From a virus (taxonomy: Duplodnaviria; Caudoviricetes): a DNA stretch of 64,000 nt. The stretch is taken from IMG/VR virus record IMGVR_UViG_3300037419_001546, positions 10,870-74,869 of that record; one strand, given 5' to 3'. The notes beneath the pieces are model-generated. The model searched no databases. It saw only the letters and a program-made list of their open reading frames with translations, and was not told the DNA's origin. This document shows positions 54,501-63,980 of the stretch, one piece after another; positions within the stretch are counted from its first letter, which is position 1; the number at the start of each line of letters is the position of its first letter. Made by a program: the position numbers and the translations under genes.

Positions 54501-54895
54501 CTGGAGAACATCCCCGACAGGTTGATCTTGCCGCGCGTAACGCGGCTGACCATCGACTCGAAACCGCTCGCGGCCTCCGTACCCGCGTTCTTTCCCGCCG
54601 ACTTGGCGTCGCCGAACGCCTCGGACAGGTCGACAGAGATTCCGGAGAGGCTCGACTCGGCGGCGTTCGCGGCATCGGCGCCGGCGTTCTTGCCAGCTGA
54701 CCGGGCGTCGCCGAACGCCTTCGCCAGATCGACCGTGACGCCACGCATCCCGGCCTCGAAAGCCGTGGCCGCCTCGCTGCCGCCCTGCTTGCCCGCGGCC
54801 TTGCCAGCCGACTGGAATGCGGCGCTGAGCTGCTTTGGCAGCTTCGAGGTTTCAGCCTCGAGGCTGACATAGCCGACAGCGAGTTCGGTTGCCAC
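51584..54895 (-). CDS. Tape measure protein, phage B, with an NlpC/P60-like domain
   Basis: MATELAVGYVSL start; Ala-rich; C-terminal YQLGG...DCSG...GGHTAMTL. Confidence 0.92.
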   Translation of the reverse strand: MATELAVGYVSLEAETSKLPKQLSAAFQSAGKAAGKQGGSEAATAFEAGMRGVTVDLAKAFGDARSAGKNAGADAANAAESSLSGISVDLSEAFGDAKSAGKNAGTEAASGFESMVSRVTRGKINLSGMFSSAGDAGEQAGGSFMSGLGDKLGELTGKGGKGGLVGATVGAAFSLAGLSAAGLFASALQSGMERQQQLDLTQARLGVDDATMAKIGTAAGRAYVNTFGESVADNAETARIAIQSGLLDESDTAQYTQSVIEQLSAVSQLMGEDIPNVARAAGQAVKTGMARDASDAMDLFVAASQNGLNVSEDLLDTVTEYGTQFRKLGLDGVEAMGLINQAVQAGARDSDVAADAIKEFSIRAVDGSDSTTKAFEDLGLNADEISHKFAEGGKSAHDATQQIFDGLRNIQDPLVRGQVAVELFGTQWEDLGAAFDQFDLSTAAESLGQVSGAAENAMNKIGGNAASSIEGAKRSIEASTDAISAALAKAFGPEIAKVADWVTQHQPEILGFFGKLADGAFATADALLGFTATGLRAFASFAEGAGTALSGITKPLGGITEAFGKLTGSKSMEDIGHGLRTLDDSLDSAASKARGLADGIDNSARPALDRLRGSVGDNIQSAQRSEEMFRALGNTVLSLPDGHTITLTDNTPETTAKLEALGLKVTTLPNGTVTVTAATEEGQKTLDAFVQTNTGRRIPMTAEVAVNAIAGDQAAKQQIQQQVGGTGNLWPTPRADGGISRGAQISNRAIIWAEAGPEAYIPLSPSKRDKSVPIWMEVGQRLGLFAAMASGGIVPGKKFAQSMDPATYQLGGFSTTAIDCSGMVSATVNDALGLPPFSSRMATGNEGEWLAAKGAKPGLGGPGDISVGWVVGGPAGGHTAMTLGDGTNVESNGSEGVVIGGPVGANSSMFDQFAHIPAALLRGGDAGAATSNGTGGGTAASGGTGGGTSASGGGLGGGTVGTGTAFDTSKVPSGVVPVWIVNSDGSSYTPTPSTGTGTPQAATAAPGTTGAAEVQTVDQAVASGRDKLTAAGQGFLKANADDALGAAGLRSSGGALQAVYEQSQSKLAQQVADIFTQRFSEIVAQAAKQIDAGRVAAVARYGR

Positions 54896-54903
54896 CGCGC
54901 CTC

Positions 54904-55176
54904 CTAATCCCACCCCAGGAAGGTGTTCATCTCGTCGATGGACAGCGCGTCAGCCTTGCCGCCGACCGTCCGTTCCTCGACGGGTGCGGCTTCGATTTCG
55001 CGACGGCGCTGGAGTTCCTGGGCATAGCGCCCGGGATGCTGCCGCAGAACGACTTTCAGGTCCCACCAGCTCAGCGAGTGCCCCAGCTCATCGAGGCTGT
55101 GCCCGAGGCTGAGCAGGTCGTAGGTGATGAACTCCTCGAAGTCGGCGACTACTTCGAGGAGTTCGAGGATTCCCCC
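54904..55176 (-). CDS. -1 frameshift extension of tail chaperone B
   Basis: G GGG GAA at 55176-55170 leads into ILELLEVVADFEEFITYDLL...LSWWDL. Confidence 0.8.
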   Translation of the reverse strand, partial: GGILELLEVVADFEEFITYDLLSLGHSLDELGHSLSWWDLKVVLRQHPGRYAQELQRRREIEAAPVEERTVGGKADALSIDEMNTFLGWD

Positions 55177-55463
55177 TCGTCGACCTTGGACGATCCTCTC
55201 CATGCGCTGTGCAGCGCCTCGAGCTGGTCGCGGTCGAGCTTCGCCGCGCGGACCTTCGCGCCGACCTCAGGGTCCACAGCCTCCATGAATCCGAGGACGT
55301 ACGCCGCGAACGGCAGCGACTGCTTGGCGACAGTGGCCAGGTACTCGTCTCCGGCCGCCGGGGTGTAGTCGAGCTTCGGCAGGCTCAGCACTTCGCCGCC
55401 GAGCTCGAACTCGAACCGGTTGCGCTTGAGGTGTGCCTTGGAATCGGGAATCTTGAATGCCAT
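55149..55463 (-). CDS. Tail assembly chaperone, phage B
   Basis: MAFKIPDSKA...RFEFELGG; ends VDEGESSNSSK with the canonical GGGGGAA. Confidence 0.85.
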   Translation of the reverse strand: MAFKIPDSKAHLKRNRFEFELGGEVLSLPKLDYTPAAGDEYLATVAKQSLPFAAYVLGFMEAVDPEVGAKVRAAKLDRDQLEALHSAWRGSSKVDEGESSNSSK

Positions 55464-55505
55464 TGCTTCGCAGGCCCTTTCGCGTTCGCAGGCCCAGTGG
55501 TGAGG

Positions 55506-55550
55506 CCCGACGGCGCGGCGGGGCCTGCGAGCGGAAACCGCGCCGTCGGG
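55506..55550 (-). terminator. Hairpin downstream of major tail B
   Basis: 13-bp stem CCCGACGGCGCGG/CCGCGCCGTCGGG. Confidence 0.55.
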
Positions 55551-55560
55551 GTTCGAGGGG

Positions 55561-56373
55561 TCAGGCGTAGGTGACCGGGAATCCGGTCGACGAGCCTGCC
55601 GCGTTGGTGACGACGATCGTCGCCGGACCGGCGGTGCCGGTCGGGGTGATGATCGACAGCGTCTTGTCGTTGACGATCTGGAAGTCGAGCGCGTTGGCGC
55701 CGTCCACGGTGACGCCCGTGGTGCCGGTGAAGTTGGCACCGGTGAGCACCAGGATTTCGCCGCCGGCTTCCGCGAGCGGGTTCGAGGGGGCCGCCGAGCC
55801 GATGATCGGCGCGGCCGGGGACGAACCGTCGTCGTAGTAGCGGTACACCTTGACGCCGTTCTCGTCCTTGTAGCAGGTCAAGGTGCAGTCGAACGCCTGC
55901 AGACCGTTGCGGACCATCGGATCCTCCGAGGCCGCGGTGATCTGGCCGGCGGGGACGACCAGCCGCGCCTTCTTCGCGCTGTCGCGCATGTCGAACAGCC
56001 ACGGATGCACGGGCAGCGGCGAGCCGGTCTCCTCCACCGTGGTCAGCGATCCGACGGTGGTCACGTTCTCGGAGCCGAACACCTCCGACAGCACATCGCT
56101 GTCGAACGCGCCGAGCAGCTTGAACTGGAACTGCGCGGAGTGCTGATCCTGCGGCGAGTAGATGAGATCGCCTGCCCAGTCGAAGATGTCGGTCGAGGAC
56201 CGTTCGCCGGACGGGCGGATACCGTCGTCGGCGACGTATCCGAGCTTGGTCGCTGCGGAAACATCGCCGGATACGCCGATGGGGAGGGTGGCGCCCGGCG
56301 CGAACACCATGATGCCGCCCGTCACCCGGTTGGGTGCGCCGACACCGATCTTGGCAACGGAAGCTCCGGCCAT
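55561..56373 (-). CDS. Major tail protein B with a C-terminal IPT/TIG domain
   Basis: LGYVADDGI...DWAGD; C-term GGEILVLTGANFTGTTGVTVDG..A..FQIVNDKTLSIITP. Confidence 0.88.
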   Translation of the reverse strand: MAGASVAKIGVGAPNRVTGGIMVFAPGATLPIGVSGDVSAATKLGYVADDGIRPSGERSSTDIFDWAGDLIYSPQDQHSAQFQFKLLGAFDSDVLSEVFGSENVTTVGSLTTVEETGSPLPVHPWLFDMRDSAKKARLVVPAGQITAASEDPMVRNGLQAFDCTLTCYKDENGVKVYRYYDDGSSPAAPIIGSAAPSNPLAEAGGEILVLTGANFTGTTGVTVDGANALDFQIVNDKTLSIITPTGTAGPATIVVTNAAGSSTGFPVTYA

Positions 56374-56439
56374 GATGAGTCATCCTTTCGGAGATTCGCA
56401 GGCCCCGAACGGAATTGATTTCCTCCCGTTGCCGGGAAG

Positions 56440-56853
56440 TCAGATCGGCTCACCGGCGATCAGCAGATCGACGGTGAACTGATAGCGGGGCACGCCCGCG
56501 TCGAGGTCCGGGAAGTTCACGATCCCGCCCGTCTCGGTCACCTGCGCCACCCACTTGCCGCCCACCTGCTCACCTTCGAAGGCGAACAGCAGAGCGTAGG
56601 TGGTGCGGGCAAGGTCGCTGGCCGCGCTCTCGCTATCCGCCCAGCACTCCACCAGAATCGACGCCTGGTGATGGAGCAAGGTGATTCGCGCGCTGTCGAC
56701 CAGCGACACTCGCACCGCGCGGGACGGCATCGGATTCGGCACCTTCGTGCCGAGCTTCGCCGTCTCCCCGCGAGATTGATATGCGGCCTTGAGTCCGGCC
56801 ACGACGACCGCTTCGGCGTCGACGGGTGCGATCGCCTCAGACACGGGCAGCAC
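56440..56853 (-). CDS. Tail terminator
   Basis: Directly upstream of major tail; FPDLDAGVPRYQFTV. Confidence 0.7.
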   Translation of the reverse strand: MLPVSEAIAPVDAEAVVVAGLKAAYQSRGETAKLGTKVPNPMPSRAVRVSLVDSARITLLHHQASILVECWADSESAASDLARTTYALLFAFEGEQVGGKWVAQVTETGGIVNFPDLDAGVPRYQFTVDLLIAGEPI

Positions 56854-57103
56854 CGAACGCCCGGACCAGCGTGTTGTGCTTCATGTTCGAGGCCATCGCC
56901 CGCGGAGTCGCGGTGAACACGTTGACGTGCCAGCGGCCCTGAGGCTTCTTCGCGCCCTGGAACGACGACATCATGTAGCCCTTCGCGGTGCCGCCGCACG
57001 CCTCGAGCACGGCCCGCCCGCGGCGCTCCAGATCGGCCCGCACACCAGGTGCGCGGCGCAAGTCGTAGAGCGCCCGGTTGTTGATCTTCAACTTATCCGG
57101 CAT
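56837..57103 (-). CDS. Neck protein (HK97 gp10-like)
   Basis: LKINNRALYDLRR.PGV...HNTLVRA. Confidence 0.65.
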   Translation of the reverse strand: MPDKLKINNRALYDLRRAPGVRADLERRGRAVLEACGGTAKGYMMSSFQGAKKPQGRWHVNVFTATPRAMASNMKHNTLVRAFGAARV

Positions 57104-57311
57104 CGGGAACCACCTTCGACGAGGAGATGACCGACAGGTCCGCACACGCGATGGTGAGAGTCAGCCCCGGGATCGGCTCGCCGTTCGGGCCCTGAATGAC
57201 AGTTGGCGCCACATCGGCAAAGAACCATGGGAATTCGGCACCGCCGATGTGGATCTCCTGGCGGTCCACATCGACCATCACGTTGCGCGCGTAGTCGGGT
57301 TCTGCGCTCAT
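57093..57311 (-). CDS. Small hypothetical virion-cluster protein
   Basis: Coupled ORF. Confidence 0.55.
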   Translation of the reverse strand: MSAEPDYARNVMVDVDRQEIHIGGAEFPWFFADVAPTVIQGPNGEPIPGLTLTIACADLSVISSSKVVPDAG

Positions 57312-57664
57312 CCGTCCACCCTTTCCAGGTTCAGGACACCGCCGGGTGCCCAGTCGAACGGACCGGTGGAGTAGTCGCGGACTTCGCCGATGACCTGGAA
57401 CTGTCCGGACGGCAGGTCCACCACATCCCGCGGCTTGCTGGGGAATTCGGGCGGGACCAACAGTTCCACGTCCACCACCACGCGGTCGTGGCCGGCCACG
57501 GGCGGCGAGTCCGACGACGGCACCGACCAGCCGTAGACCGGCTCCGGCGTCCCCGGCTCGTCGAGAGGCGGTGTGTACACGTCGATCTCGTTGCCGTGGG
57601 AGTCCTCCCCGGTGCCGGACCAGACGTGCAGGCCGACGCTGTGCGGGGTCGGGAATTCACTCAT
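57308..57664 (-). CDS. Head-to-tail stopper
   Basis: EDSHGNEID...RDVVDLPSGQFQVIGE..DY..GPF. Confidence 0.75.
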   Translation of the reverse strand: MSEFPTPHSVGLHVWSGTGEDSHGNEIDVYTPPLDEPGTPEPVYGWSVPSSDSPPVAGHDRVVVDVELLVPPEFPSKPRDVVDLPSGQFQVIGEVRDYSTGPFDWAPGGVLNLERVDG

Positions 57665-58118
57665 AGAGCGCGAATCCCGCCAGGTCGGCCCCGCAGTCGC
57701 AGTAGTTCGCGCCGAACACGAGCGCACAGGTCTCGCTGTGAACGACCGGCAGCGGCGAGACCGTGTCGAAGGACCATGCCTTGCCCGCGTCGGCGGCCGC
57801 GCAGATGTCCTGCAGCTGGCTGATCTCGCTCGGCCAGAACAGATTTCGGCGCGGGTTGCTGGTGTCGATGGTCTGGCTGTACGGTCCTGCGGTCTTCGTG
57901 GTGACACCGCCGTTGCCCGACTCCGCCCACCGCAGCAGAGCGCCACGCAGGACGGCCTTCGCGGCGGCTTTCTGGTCGTCGGTCAGGTCGGCCAGGGATC
58001 GCAGACAGGGGGCGCTCAGCTTCGCCATCGCCTCGGCGTCCTCGATCATCGCCACAGCCTTCGGCTCGGCGATCGTCGCGAACGGAGCGAGATCGGTGGG
58101 TGCGATGAAGTCGCCCAT
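57657..58118 (-). CDS. Head-to-tail adaptor
   Basis: MIEDAEAMA...APC...AVLRGALLRW...AGPYSQTID...LFWPSEI. Confidence 0.75.
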   Translation of the reverse strand: MGDFIAPTDLAPFATIAEPKAVAMIEDAEAMAKLSAPCLRSLADLTDDQKAAAKAVLRGALLRWAESGNGGVTTKTAGPYSQTIDTSNPRRNLFWPSEISQLQDICAAADAGKAWSFDTVSPLPVVHSETCALVFGANYCDCGADLAGFALYE

Positions 58119-58123
58119 GTCCG

Positions 58124-58321
58124 TTACTCCTCTGTCGGTGCGGCGGCTGGGGCCGCACGCTTGCGCGCCGCAGTGGCCTTGGTCGCGGGGCGGCGGACGC
58201 TGCCCGCGTCCGAGACGCTGCCCGCGTCCGAGACGGGTTCCCATTCGCGCCCCAGCCGGGTGGCGGTCTCATCGGAAACCGAGACCACCACGCCGGACTG
58301 GGCGTTGCGTAGGCGCGGCAT
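58124..58321 (-). CDS. Small protein after the capsid gene
   Basis: MPRLRNAQSGVVVSVSDETA; contains an 18-bp tandem duplication (58196-58231). Confidence 0.65.
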   Translation of the reverse strand: MPRLRNAQSGVVVSVSDETATRLGREWEPVSDAGSVSDAGSVRRPATKATAARKRAAPAAAPTEE

Positions 58322-58325
58322 CGTC

Positions 58326-59225
58326 CTACACCGCGTCGATGATCTTGCAGAACGCGTTCAGGTCCGCGATACCCCAGCCGTAGACGACCTCGGCGCGGAA
58401 CGCGACCTGGTTGTTGCGCTGCAGATCGCCGCCGCCGTCGGGATCGCCGTACTCGATCACCTTCAGGCCGATCGACTTCTGCACGCCCCAGCGGATACCG
58501 GAGAAGTCGCCGACGAACGCCTTCACGTTCGTCGCGGCGGCAGCCACGCCGATAGCGCCGACGGTGTCGGACACCGAGCTGTTGTGGTTCTCCAGGCGCC
58601 CGGCCGGCGAGGTGGCGTATGCGAGATCCGGGTACAGCTTCTGCTCGGAGGTGGCGTTGCGCAGGCCGCCGAACTTGGACGCGAAGTCCGGGTTCAGCGC
58701 GACATCCTTCGGCATGAAGCCATCCGCCAGGACCAGCACATCGGCTGCGTCGAGATTGGCGTACGGCTTGTCGCTGGCGCCGATCTCCACCGAATTGGTG
58801 GTGTCGGACAGCTTCTCGGTCATCGCCGCCACCGCGGCGCCGCCGGTCGGGTTGATGCCGTGGAAGACGCCGAAATCCAACGCGCGCGACAGCGCGGGCT
58901 GGATCAGGTCGAGCACCTGCTGCACCACGCCCATCTGGTGATCGGAATCCGCCCACATGACCTCGTCGGTCCACCGGACGGTCTTGTGGAACTTGTACGG
59001 GGTGACGGTCTTGGTGGTCTTCGCGATCGTCGAGCCGCCCTTGTTCGCACCCTCACCGACGTACTCGGCTTCGCCGATGGTGAAGGTCATGGACGTGCCG
59101 GTGCCGAACTTCATCGCCATCGAGTTCGACAGGGTGGCGATCGAGGACCCGAACTTCACCTTGCCCAGCCACGGGTCCAGGATCTGATTCGGGATGGTGA
59201 GGCTTGAGGTAGTCAGCACGGCCAT
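58326..59225 (-). CDS. Major capsid protein, phage B
   Basis: AEYVGEGANK...KFHKTVRWTDEV...RALDFGVFHG...NQVAFRAE. Confidence 0.9.
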   Translation of the reverse strand: MAVLTTSSLTIPNQILDPWLGKVKFGSSIATLSNSMAMKFGTGTSMTFTIGEAEYVGEGANKGGSTIAKTTKTVTPYKFHKTVRWTDEVMWADSDHQMGVVQQVLDLIQPALSRALDFGVFHGINPTGGAAVAAMTEKLSDTTNSVEIGASDKPYANLDAADVLVLADGFMPKDVALNPDFASKFGGLRNATSEQKLYPDLAYATSPAGRLENHNSSVSDTVGAIGVAAAATNVKAFVGDFSGIRWGVQKSIGLKVIEYGDPDGGGDLQRNNQVAFRAEVVYGWGIADLNAFCKIIDAV

Positions 59226-59242
59226 CGCCGGTGCTCCTTTCG

Positions 59243-59821
59243 CTATTCCTTGCCGAACAGCCCGGCCGTGAATTCGGCCATCGGGTCATCGGCTGTGGTC
59301 TTGGTTGACTGCCCCTCGCGAGGGACACGGTTGGACTTGCGCTTTCCCATATCCACCAGCCCCGCGACCTGCTTCAGCAACAGTTCCGGGTCGGCCGCGG
59401 TCAGGTACAGCTCCGCCTGATCGGCCGGGATCGAGTGCAACGTCACGAGGTGCTCACGCAGCGCGCCGGCGACCTTCGCGGGGATTGCGTCGATCTCCGC
59501 CTGTGCCGCAGCGAGCTTGTCGGCCGCCTTTTCGGCATCCGACTTCTGCGCTTCCTTGATCGCGGCCAGTTCCTTTGCGGCACTGGCACCTTCCTTGGCG
59601 CGCTTCTCCCACTCGCGGGACTTGCTCTTCCAGAAATCCACCGTTTCGGTGGGCTTGCTGTCGCCGGTGGCTCCTTCGCCGCCGTCGCCGCTTTCGCCGC
59701 CCTCTGCAGGGTGGCCGCCGTCCTCCGATCCGCCCATCACGGGCCAGATCGGGCCGCGGCGAGTCCACCCGATTGCCCGGATGCCGGTGCGCGGGTGCTT
59801 CGGAAGAGTGTTGGTGCGCAT
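59243..59821 (-). CDS. Scaffolding protein B
   Basis: HPRTGIRAIG...IWPVMGG; WKSKSREWEKRAK; EAQKSDAEKA. Confidence 0.8.
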   Translation of the reverse strand: MRTNTLPKHPRTGIRAIGWTRRGPIWPVMGGSEDGGHPAEGGESGDGGEGATGDSKPTETVDFWKSKSREWEKRAKEGASAAKELAAIKEAQKSDAEKAADKLAAAQAEIDAIPAKVAGALREHLVTLHSIPADQAELYLTAADPELLLKQVAGLVDMGKRKSNRVPREGQSTKTTADDPMAEFTAGLFGKE

Positions 59822-59871
59822 TGTGTCTCCCCATTTCGGGTTTCGGCCCCGCCATTGCGGCGGGGGACGTG

Positions 59872-60741
59872 TCATCGCGCGCCGAGATCGGTGCGCATCA
59901 GCGCCAGGATCGCTTTCGGATCCAGCGCGCCGTATTTGCCGACCTTCGGTGCTTCGCGGGACGCCTTGGTGTAGGCGTCGTCCCACTTCTGCACGTAGTC
60001 GGGCGGTTCGTAGGTCTGCCCGGGCCGGACCTCGACAGCGACGCAGTGGCAGTGGTCGTGGTACTTCTTGCCCAGGGCGCGGACACCGCGTGTGCGGCGG
60101 TCCTTCTCGGCGCCGACGATCTTCCCGGCCTTCGCCGCGGCGCGGGCCGAGGCGTACCGCTCGCGGGCCTGGTACGCCTGCTCCCGCGTCATCCGGCCGG
60201 CCGCTATCGCGCGGCGGTCGGCGAGCGTGATCTCAGCGCGGCGGCCGACGACACCGGCCGCGGCCCTCTCGCTGGTGTACACCGCGCCGCGGGAGGCCAT
60301 CATCGCGCAGAACGCGCACGCGCTCGCCGATGCGTGCCGCGCCCACTTCGACCCCTCGGAGTCGGCGTTGAAGGTGATCGTGTCCCGGGCCGCGCCGAAC
60401 GTGGCCCGCTGCAGCGTGCCCTTCAACCGGTCCAGGCCGACCAGACCGTCACCGCCGAGCGCCCACTGCGCCGAGGTGGTCAGCGCCTCGATCTCCGGCA
60501 GCGGGCCCGGTGTCGCCACATAGTCTGTGACACTTGGGGATTCGTCGTACCAGGCCGCGGCGTTCTCTGCTGCCAGCGCCGCGTATTCGGTCGCCAGCTC
60601 CGGGAACGCCTGGATCATGTAGGCCGCGAAGTCGTCGGTGGCCTTCTCCTCGGCCAGCCGCCACAGCGCCTCGAGGTCGGCTGTGGCCAGTCGGTCGACC
60701 TGGGCCAGGATCAGCTGGCGTTCCGGCGCGGTGACCGTCAT
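59872..60741 (-). CDS. Capsid maturation/MuF-like protein B
   Basis: WARHASASACAFCAMMASRGAVY...YHDHCHC. Confidence 0.75.
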   Translation of the reverse strand: MTVTAPERQLILAQVDRLATADLEALWRLAEEKATDDFAAYMIQAFPELATEYAALAAENAAAWYDESPSVTDYVATPGPLPEIEALTTSAQWALGGDGLVGLDRLKGTLQRATFGAARDTITFNADSEGSKWARHASASACAFCAMMASRGAVYTSERAAAGVVGRRAEITLADRRAIAAGRMTREQAYQARERYASARAAAKAGKIVGAEKDRRTRGVRALGKKYHDHCHCVAVEVRPGQTYEPPDYVQKWDDAYTKASREAPKVGKYGALDPKAILALMRTDLGAR

Positions 60742-62216
60742 TGCACGACCGGTTCGCCCGTGCCGGTCTGGCCGCCGTCGGCAGGCGCGCCCTGCGTCGC
60801 ATCGCGCGCAGCCAGCTGCGCGGCGAGACGCTGTGTCACGCTGAGAGTCGCGCCAGCGCGGCGCCGTTCGGACTGCGCGCGGCGGATCTGCTGCTCGTTC
60901 AACCCGATCAGCTCGAGACCGACGCTCGTCTCGGCGAGCCACGGGATGGCGGCGACCTGCTTCGAGCCCGCGTCGGCCTCCGCCGCGCGGGACAGGTAGA
61001 CCGGGCTGCGCCATTTCGTGTCGATCGAGGACCACTCCGGCGGCACCTCGTTCATGCCGATACCGTTCGCGATCGCCAGCGCCCGGATCATCGATCGGCG
61101 GAATCCGCGCGCCATGTCGTCGGTGGCGCCCTCGGCCTCCGCGATCAGATCTTCGCGGCTGGCGATGTAGCTGTCCGCCGACGTCGGGTTGCTCATGTCG
61201 CTCACACCGAGCGAGGTGAGCGGGATCGAGGTCTCGCCCGAAAAGAGCTGCGCCTGCTGCTTGAGCATATCCAGGTGCGGTTGCGGACTCGCCGCGGCGA
61301 TCTCGCGCACATCCGCGCGCGGGTTGGCGGCTTCATCGTCGTCCGGGATGCCGTTGATGCGGCCCATCATGACCTGCCAGGCGTTCCGCGTGGTGCCGTC
61401 CGCGTTCTTGAACGCCGTCTCGTCTGCACCGAGCAGGATCAGCTCCGGATAGCTGTAGATGTCGGCGTGGCCTTCCATCCGGATCACCGTGCGCAGCGCC
61501 GCACTGTGCAGCGACATCACCGCACGCGAGATCCGCGACGCCCCAAACGGGCGAGACGGCTCGAGAGGCTTGTACGCGATCACCTCGGCCGGTACACCCC
61601 ACGAATGCTCCTGATGATCCACCGTCCAGCCCGACGAATCGAACTCCGCGGTGATCGTCAGGCCGTCGAGGTACAGCGCGAACGCCGTGACCGCCGACCG
61701 GCTGTCGTCCCGCTCGCCGCGGCCGGTGATCGACAGCAGATTGTCCAGGCGCCGGGCGCGCGCGTTCCATTCGCCGGTCGCGTTCAGCGCATCCTTCACA
61801 TGGATCAGCGAATCCGGTTCGCCCTCCTCGCCCTGGGTGTTGACCAGGAACGAGCAGGCGTGAATCAGGCTCGAGGTGATCGCACTGTTCGACACCGACT
61901 CGAAGTTGTTGTCGTCGAGGATGTTCGCCACGCCGAGCGAACCCAGATCCCCGTCCGGCCACACGAACCCGTCCAGGTTGCATCGCCGCGCGAGCGTATC
62001 CACCGCCTTCGCCGACCAGCCCAGCACCAGCCCGAGGCGGTAGTACTGCGGCGGCACCACCGGCGACACCCGCCGTAGCGAGTACTTGCCGTCGTAGTAG
62101 CACCGCCGCAGGGTGTTGCGCAGCGACTTGCGCTCCAACTGAGTCGCCAGCCGGGCCAGCGTGTCATTCTCCTCGTCGCTCAACTGCTTCAGGCGAGGAA
62201 TCATCTCGCTGTTCAT
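60738..62216 (-). CDS. Portal protein B
   Basis: GWSAKAVDTLARRCNLDGF...PFGASRISR. Confidence 0.9.
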   Translation of the reverse strand: MNSEMIPRLKQLSDEENDTLARLATQLERKSLRNTLRRCYYDGKYSLRRVSPVVPPQYYRLGLVLGWSAKAVDTLARRCNLDGFVWPDGDLGSLGVANILDDNNFESVSNSAITSSLIHACSFLVNTQGEEGEPDSLIHVKDALNATGEWNARARRLDNLLSITGRGERDDSRSAVTAFALYLDGLTITAEFDSSGWTVDHQEHSWGVPAEVIAYKPLEPSRPFGASRISRAVMSLHSAALRTVIRMEGHADIYSYPELILLGADETAFKNADGTTRNAWQVMMGRINGIPDDDEAANPRADVREIAAASPQPHLDMLKQQAQLFSGETSIPLTSLGVSDMSNPTSADSYIASREDLIAEAEGATDDMARGFRRSMIRALAIANGIGMNEVPPEWSSIDTKWRSPVYLSRAAEADAGSKQVAAIPWLAETSVGLELIGLNEQQIRRAQSERRRAGATLSVTQRLAAQLAARDATQGAPADGGQTGTGEPVVQ

Positions 62217-63694
62217 GCCCGGACAGACCTCCTCGGTGTGCTCACGCGGCGGCGGCGGCCAGCCGGAGCCTCAGTCGTTCTGGTCTTCGTGGTCGCGAGC
62301 GCGCCGAACAGCGCCAGCGTCATGCTCACCGTCGGTGAGATGTAGGCGGTTTCGTCTCTCTGGTCCCAGCCCCAGCCGCCCGCCGTGCCGATCGGCCGCT
62401 TACGCGCATCCTGCATCGCCTGCGCCGGGATCTCCTGGTCGCCGTGCGTCCACCGTCTCGCCCGCACCTTCGCCCACCACTGGCCGCAGGCCTTCGCCAT
62501 ATCCGGCCCAGTACTCACGATCACCCGTCGGCGACGCGCCCGCAGCGGTGGAGCGAGCTGCGATGCCGGCGACACCGAGTCGACGACGATCGGGATGCGC
62601 GCCCCGGCCCGCTTCGCGAGCCACAGCACCGCGGCATCGACATCGACACCCGACCACACCTCCTCGGTGTGAGCGTGGTCGCCGTTGAGCCAGCACGCTG
62701 AGATCGATATCTGCCCGGTGTGCGACATGTCCGCCGCCAACGCGTTCGGTTTCGTGCCGTCTTCCGGGCCCGCCGAGGTGAACGCCTTGTACGCGGTCTT
62801 GCTCAGTGCCGGCCGGTTCTGGGCGATGTCATCCCAGATGCCCAGCGCCTCACGGCGCCACGAGTCGTCGTTCTTCAATTTCTTCCGCAGCCGCAACATG
62901 GCGCGCTCGCTCGTGCGCCGCGGGAACGACGGATTCGCCTTGCGCCACTGCTCGCGGTCCATGGGATCGCCGTCGCGGTCCGCGGACATCTCTATGTAGA
63001 GCGTGCCCTCGGATTCGCCGTCGAGCGCCTCCTGCCGCGACAGCAGGAAGAACTCGCCCTTGTCCTGTGGCCGGGGCGGGGTGCCCATCACGAAACACAG
63101 CGGGTTGTCGGCCACATTCTGCGCCGCACCCATGTTCTCGAGCGCCTGCAGCGACAGATGCTGTCCCTCATCGAACACGATCACGTCGACATCGGTGCGG
63201 CCTCGGCCGAAACCCGAATCGCGGGCACCGAACTCGATCTTCGAGCCGTTCACGAACTCGATCGCCTCATCGCCCTTGCCCTGCGGCGTCTTCGCGATGT
63301 ACGGCTTCACCTTCGGGCGCTGCGACATGTCGTAGAACTGCTCGAAGGTCTCCAGCGCGGTGTCCTTCACCTGCGCCGTCCAGATGACACGCAGGCCCGG
63401 CTTCATCAGGCACAGCGCGAAAATGATGCAGGCGATCAGGTACGTCTTGCCCACCTGGCGCGGGATCGAGATGACGATCGTGTCCGAGGCGTACTCGCCG
63501 TCATCGCGCAACGACAGGATGAGCATCCCGGCGCCGTCCTGCCAGCCGTCGAACCCCCAGCCGAGATTCCGGCACGTCCGCCGCACCGACGGCCACTCAC
63601 TCCCGACGATCCCCGCGGGCACCACCACATGCCGCGCGACCTCCGACAGCGGCCGGCGGTCAGTAGCCGGTGCCGTCCCAGGCTTCGACTTCAA
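62213..63694 (-). CDS. Terminase large subunit B (start uncertain)
   Basis: IPRQVGKT Walker A; FDEGQ Walker B; WRKANPS. Confidence 0.92.
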   Translation of the reverse strand: MKSKPGTAPATDRRPLSEVARHVVVPAGIVGSEWPSVRRTCRNLGWGFDGWQDGAGMLILSLRDDGEYASDTIVISIPRQVGKTYLIACIIFALCLMKPGLRVIWTAQVKDTALETFEQFYDMSQRPKVKPYIAKTPQGKGDEAIEFVNGSKIEFGARDSGFGRGRTDVDVIVFDEGQHLSLQALENMGAAQNVADNPLCFVMGTPPRPQDKGEFFLLSRQEALDGESEGTLYIEMSADRDGDPMDREQWRKANPSFPRRTSERAMLRLRKKLKNDDSWRREALGIWDDIAQNRPALSKTAYKAFTSAGPEDGTKPNALAADMSHTGQISISACWLNGDHAHTEEVWSGVDVDAAVLWLAKRAGARIPIVVDSVSPASQLAPPLRARRRRVIVSTGPDMAKACGQWWAKVRARRWTHGDQEIPAQAMQDARKRPIGTAGGWGWDQRDETAYISPTVSMTLALFGALATTKTRTTEAPAGRRRRVSTPRRSVRA

Positions 63695-63980
63695 GGGTTG
63701 CCACCACCGAGGCGTCCGCAGCCTCGGTGGACCGCCGTGCCTGCTCCTCGCTGATCAGCTTGTTCAGCTTGTTCAGTTCGTTGCTGTACTGCGGCCGGGT
63801 GTTGTCGGCCGCCTTCATCAGCGAATCCGCGATGATGCGTCGCTGCGCGAGCATGATGTCGAGGATGTCGCCGGACTCGACCGCCTCGAGCAACGTCGGC
63901 GGCGGGGTCGGTTCGGGCTCGCGCTCCTCGGGAGCGACGACCCGGAGGGGCGAGGAGGCGGGGGGCTTGCGCCGCGGCAT
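63660..63980 (-). CDS. Probable terminase small subunit B
   Basis: Helical 106 aa directly upstream of terL; GGAGG RBS. Confidence 0.55.
   Translation of the reverse strand: MPRRKPPASSPLRVVAPEEREPEPTPPPTLLEAVESGDILDIMLAQRRIIADSLMKAADNTRPQYSNELNKLNKLISEEQARRSTEAADASVVATLEVEAWDGTGY

Noticed and set aside
58196-58235. 18-bp tandem duplication
   Set aside because: In-frame SDAGSV duplication in a low-complexity linker; probably neutral slippage
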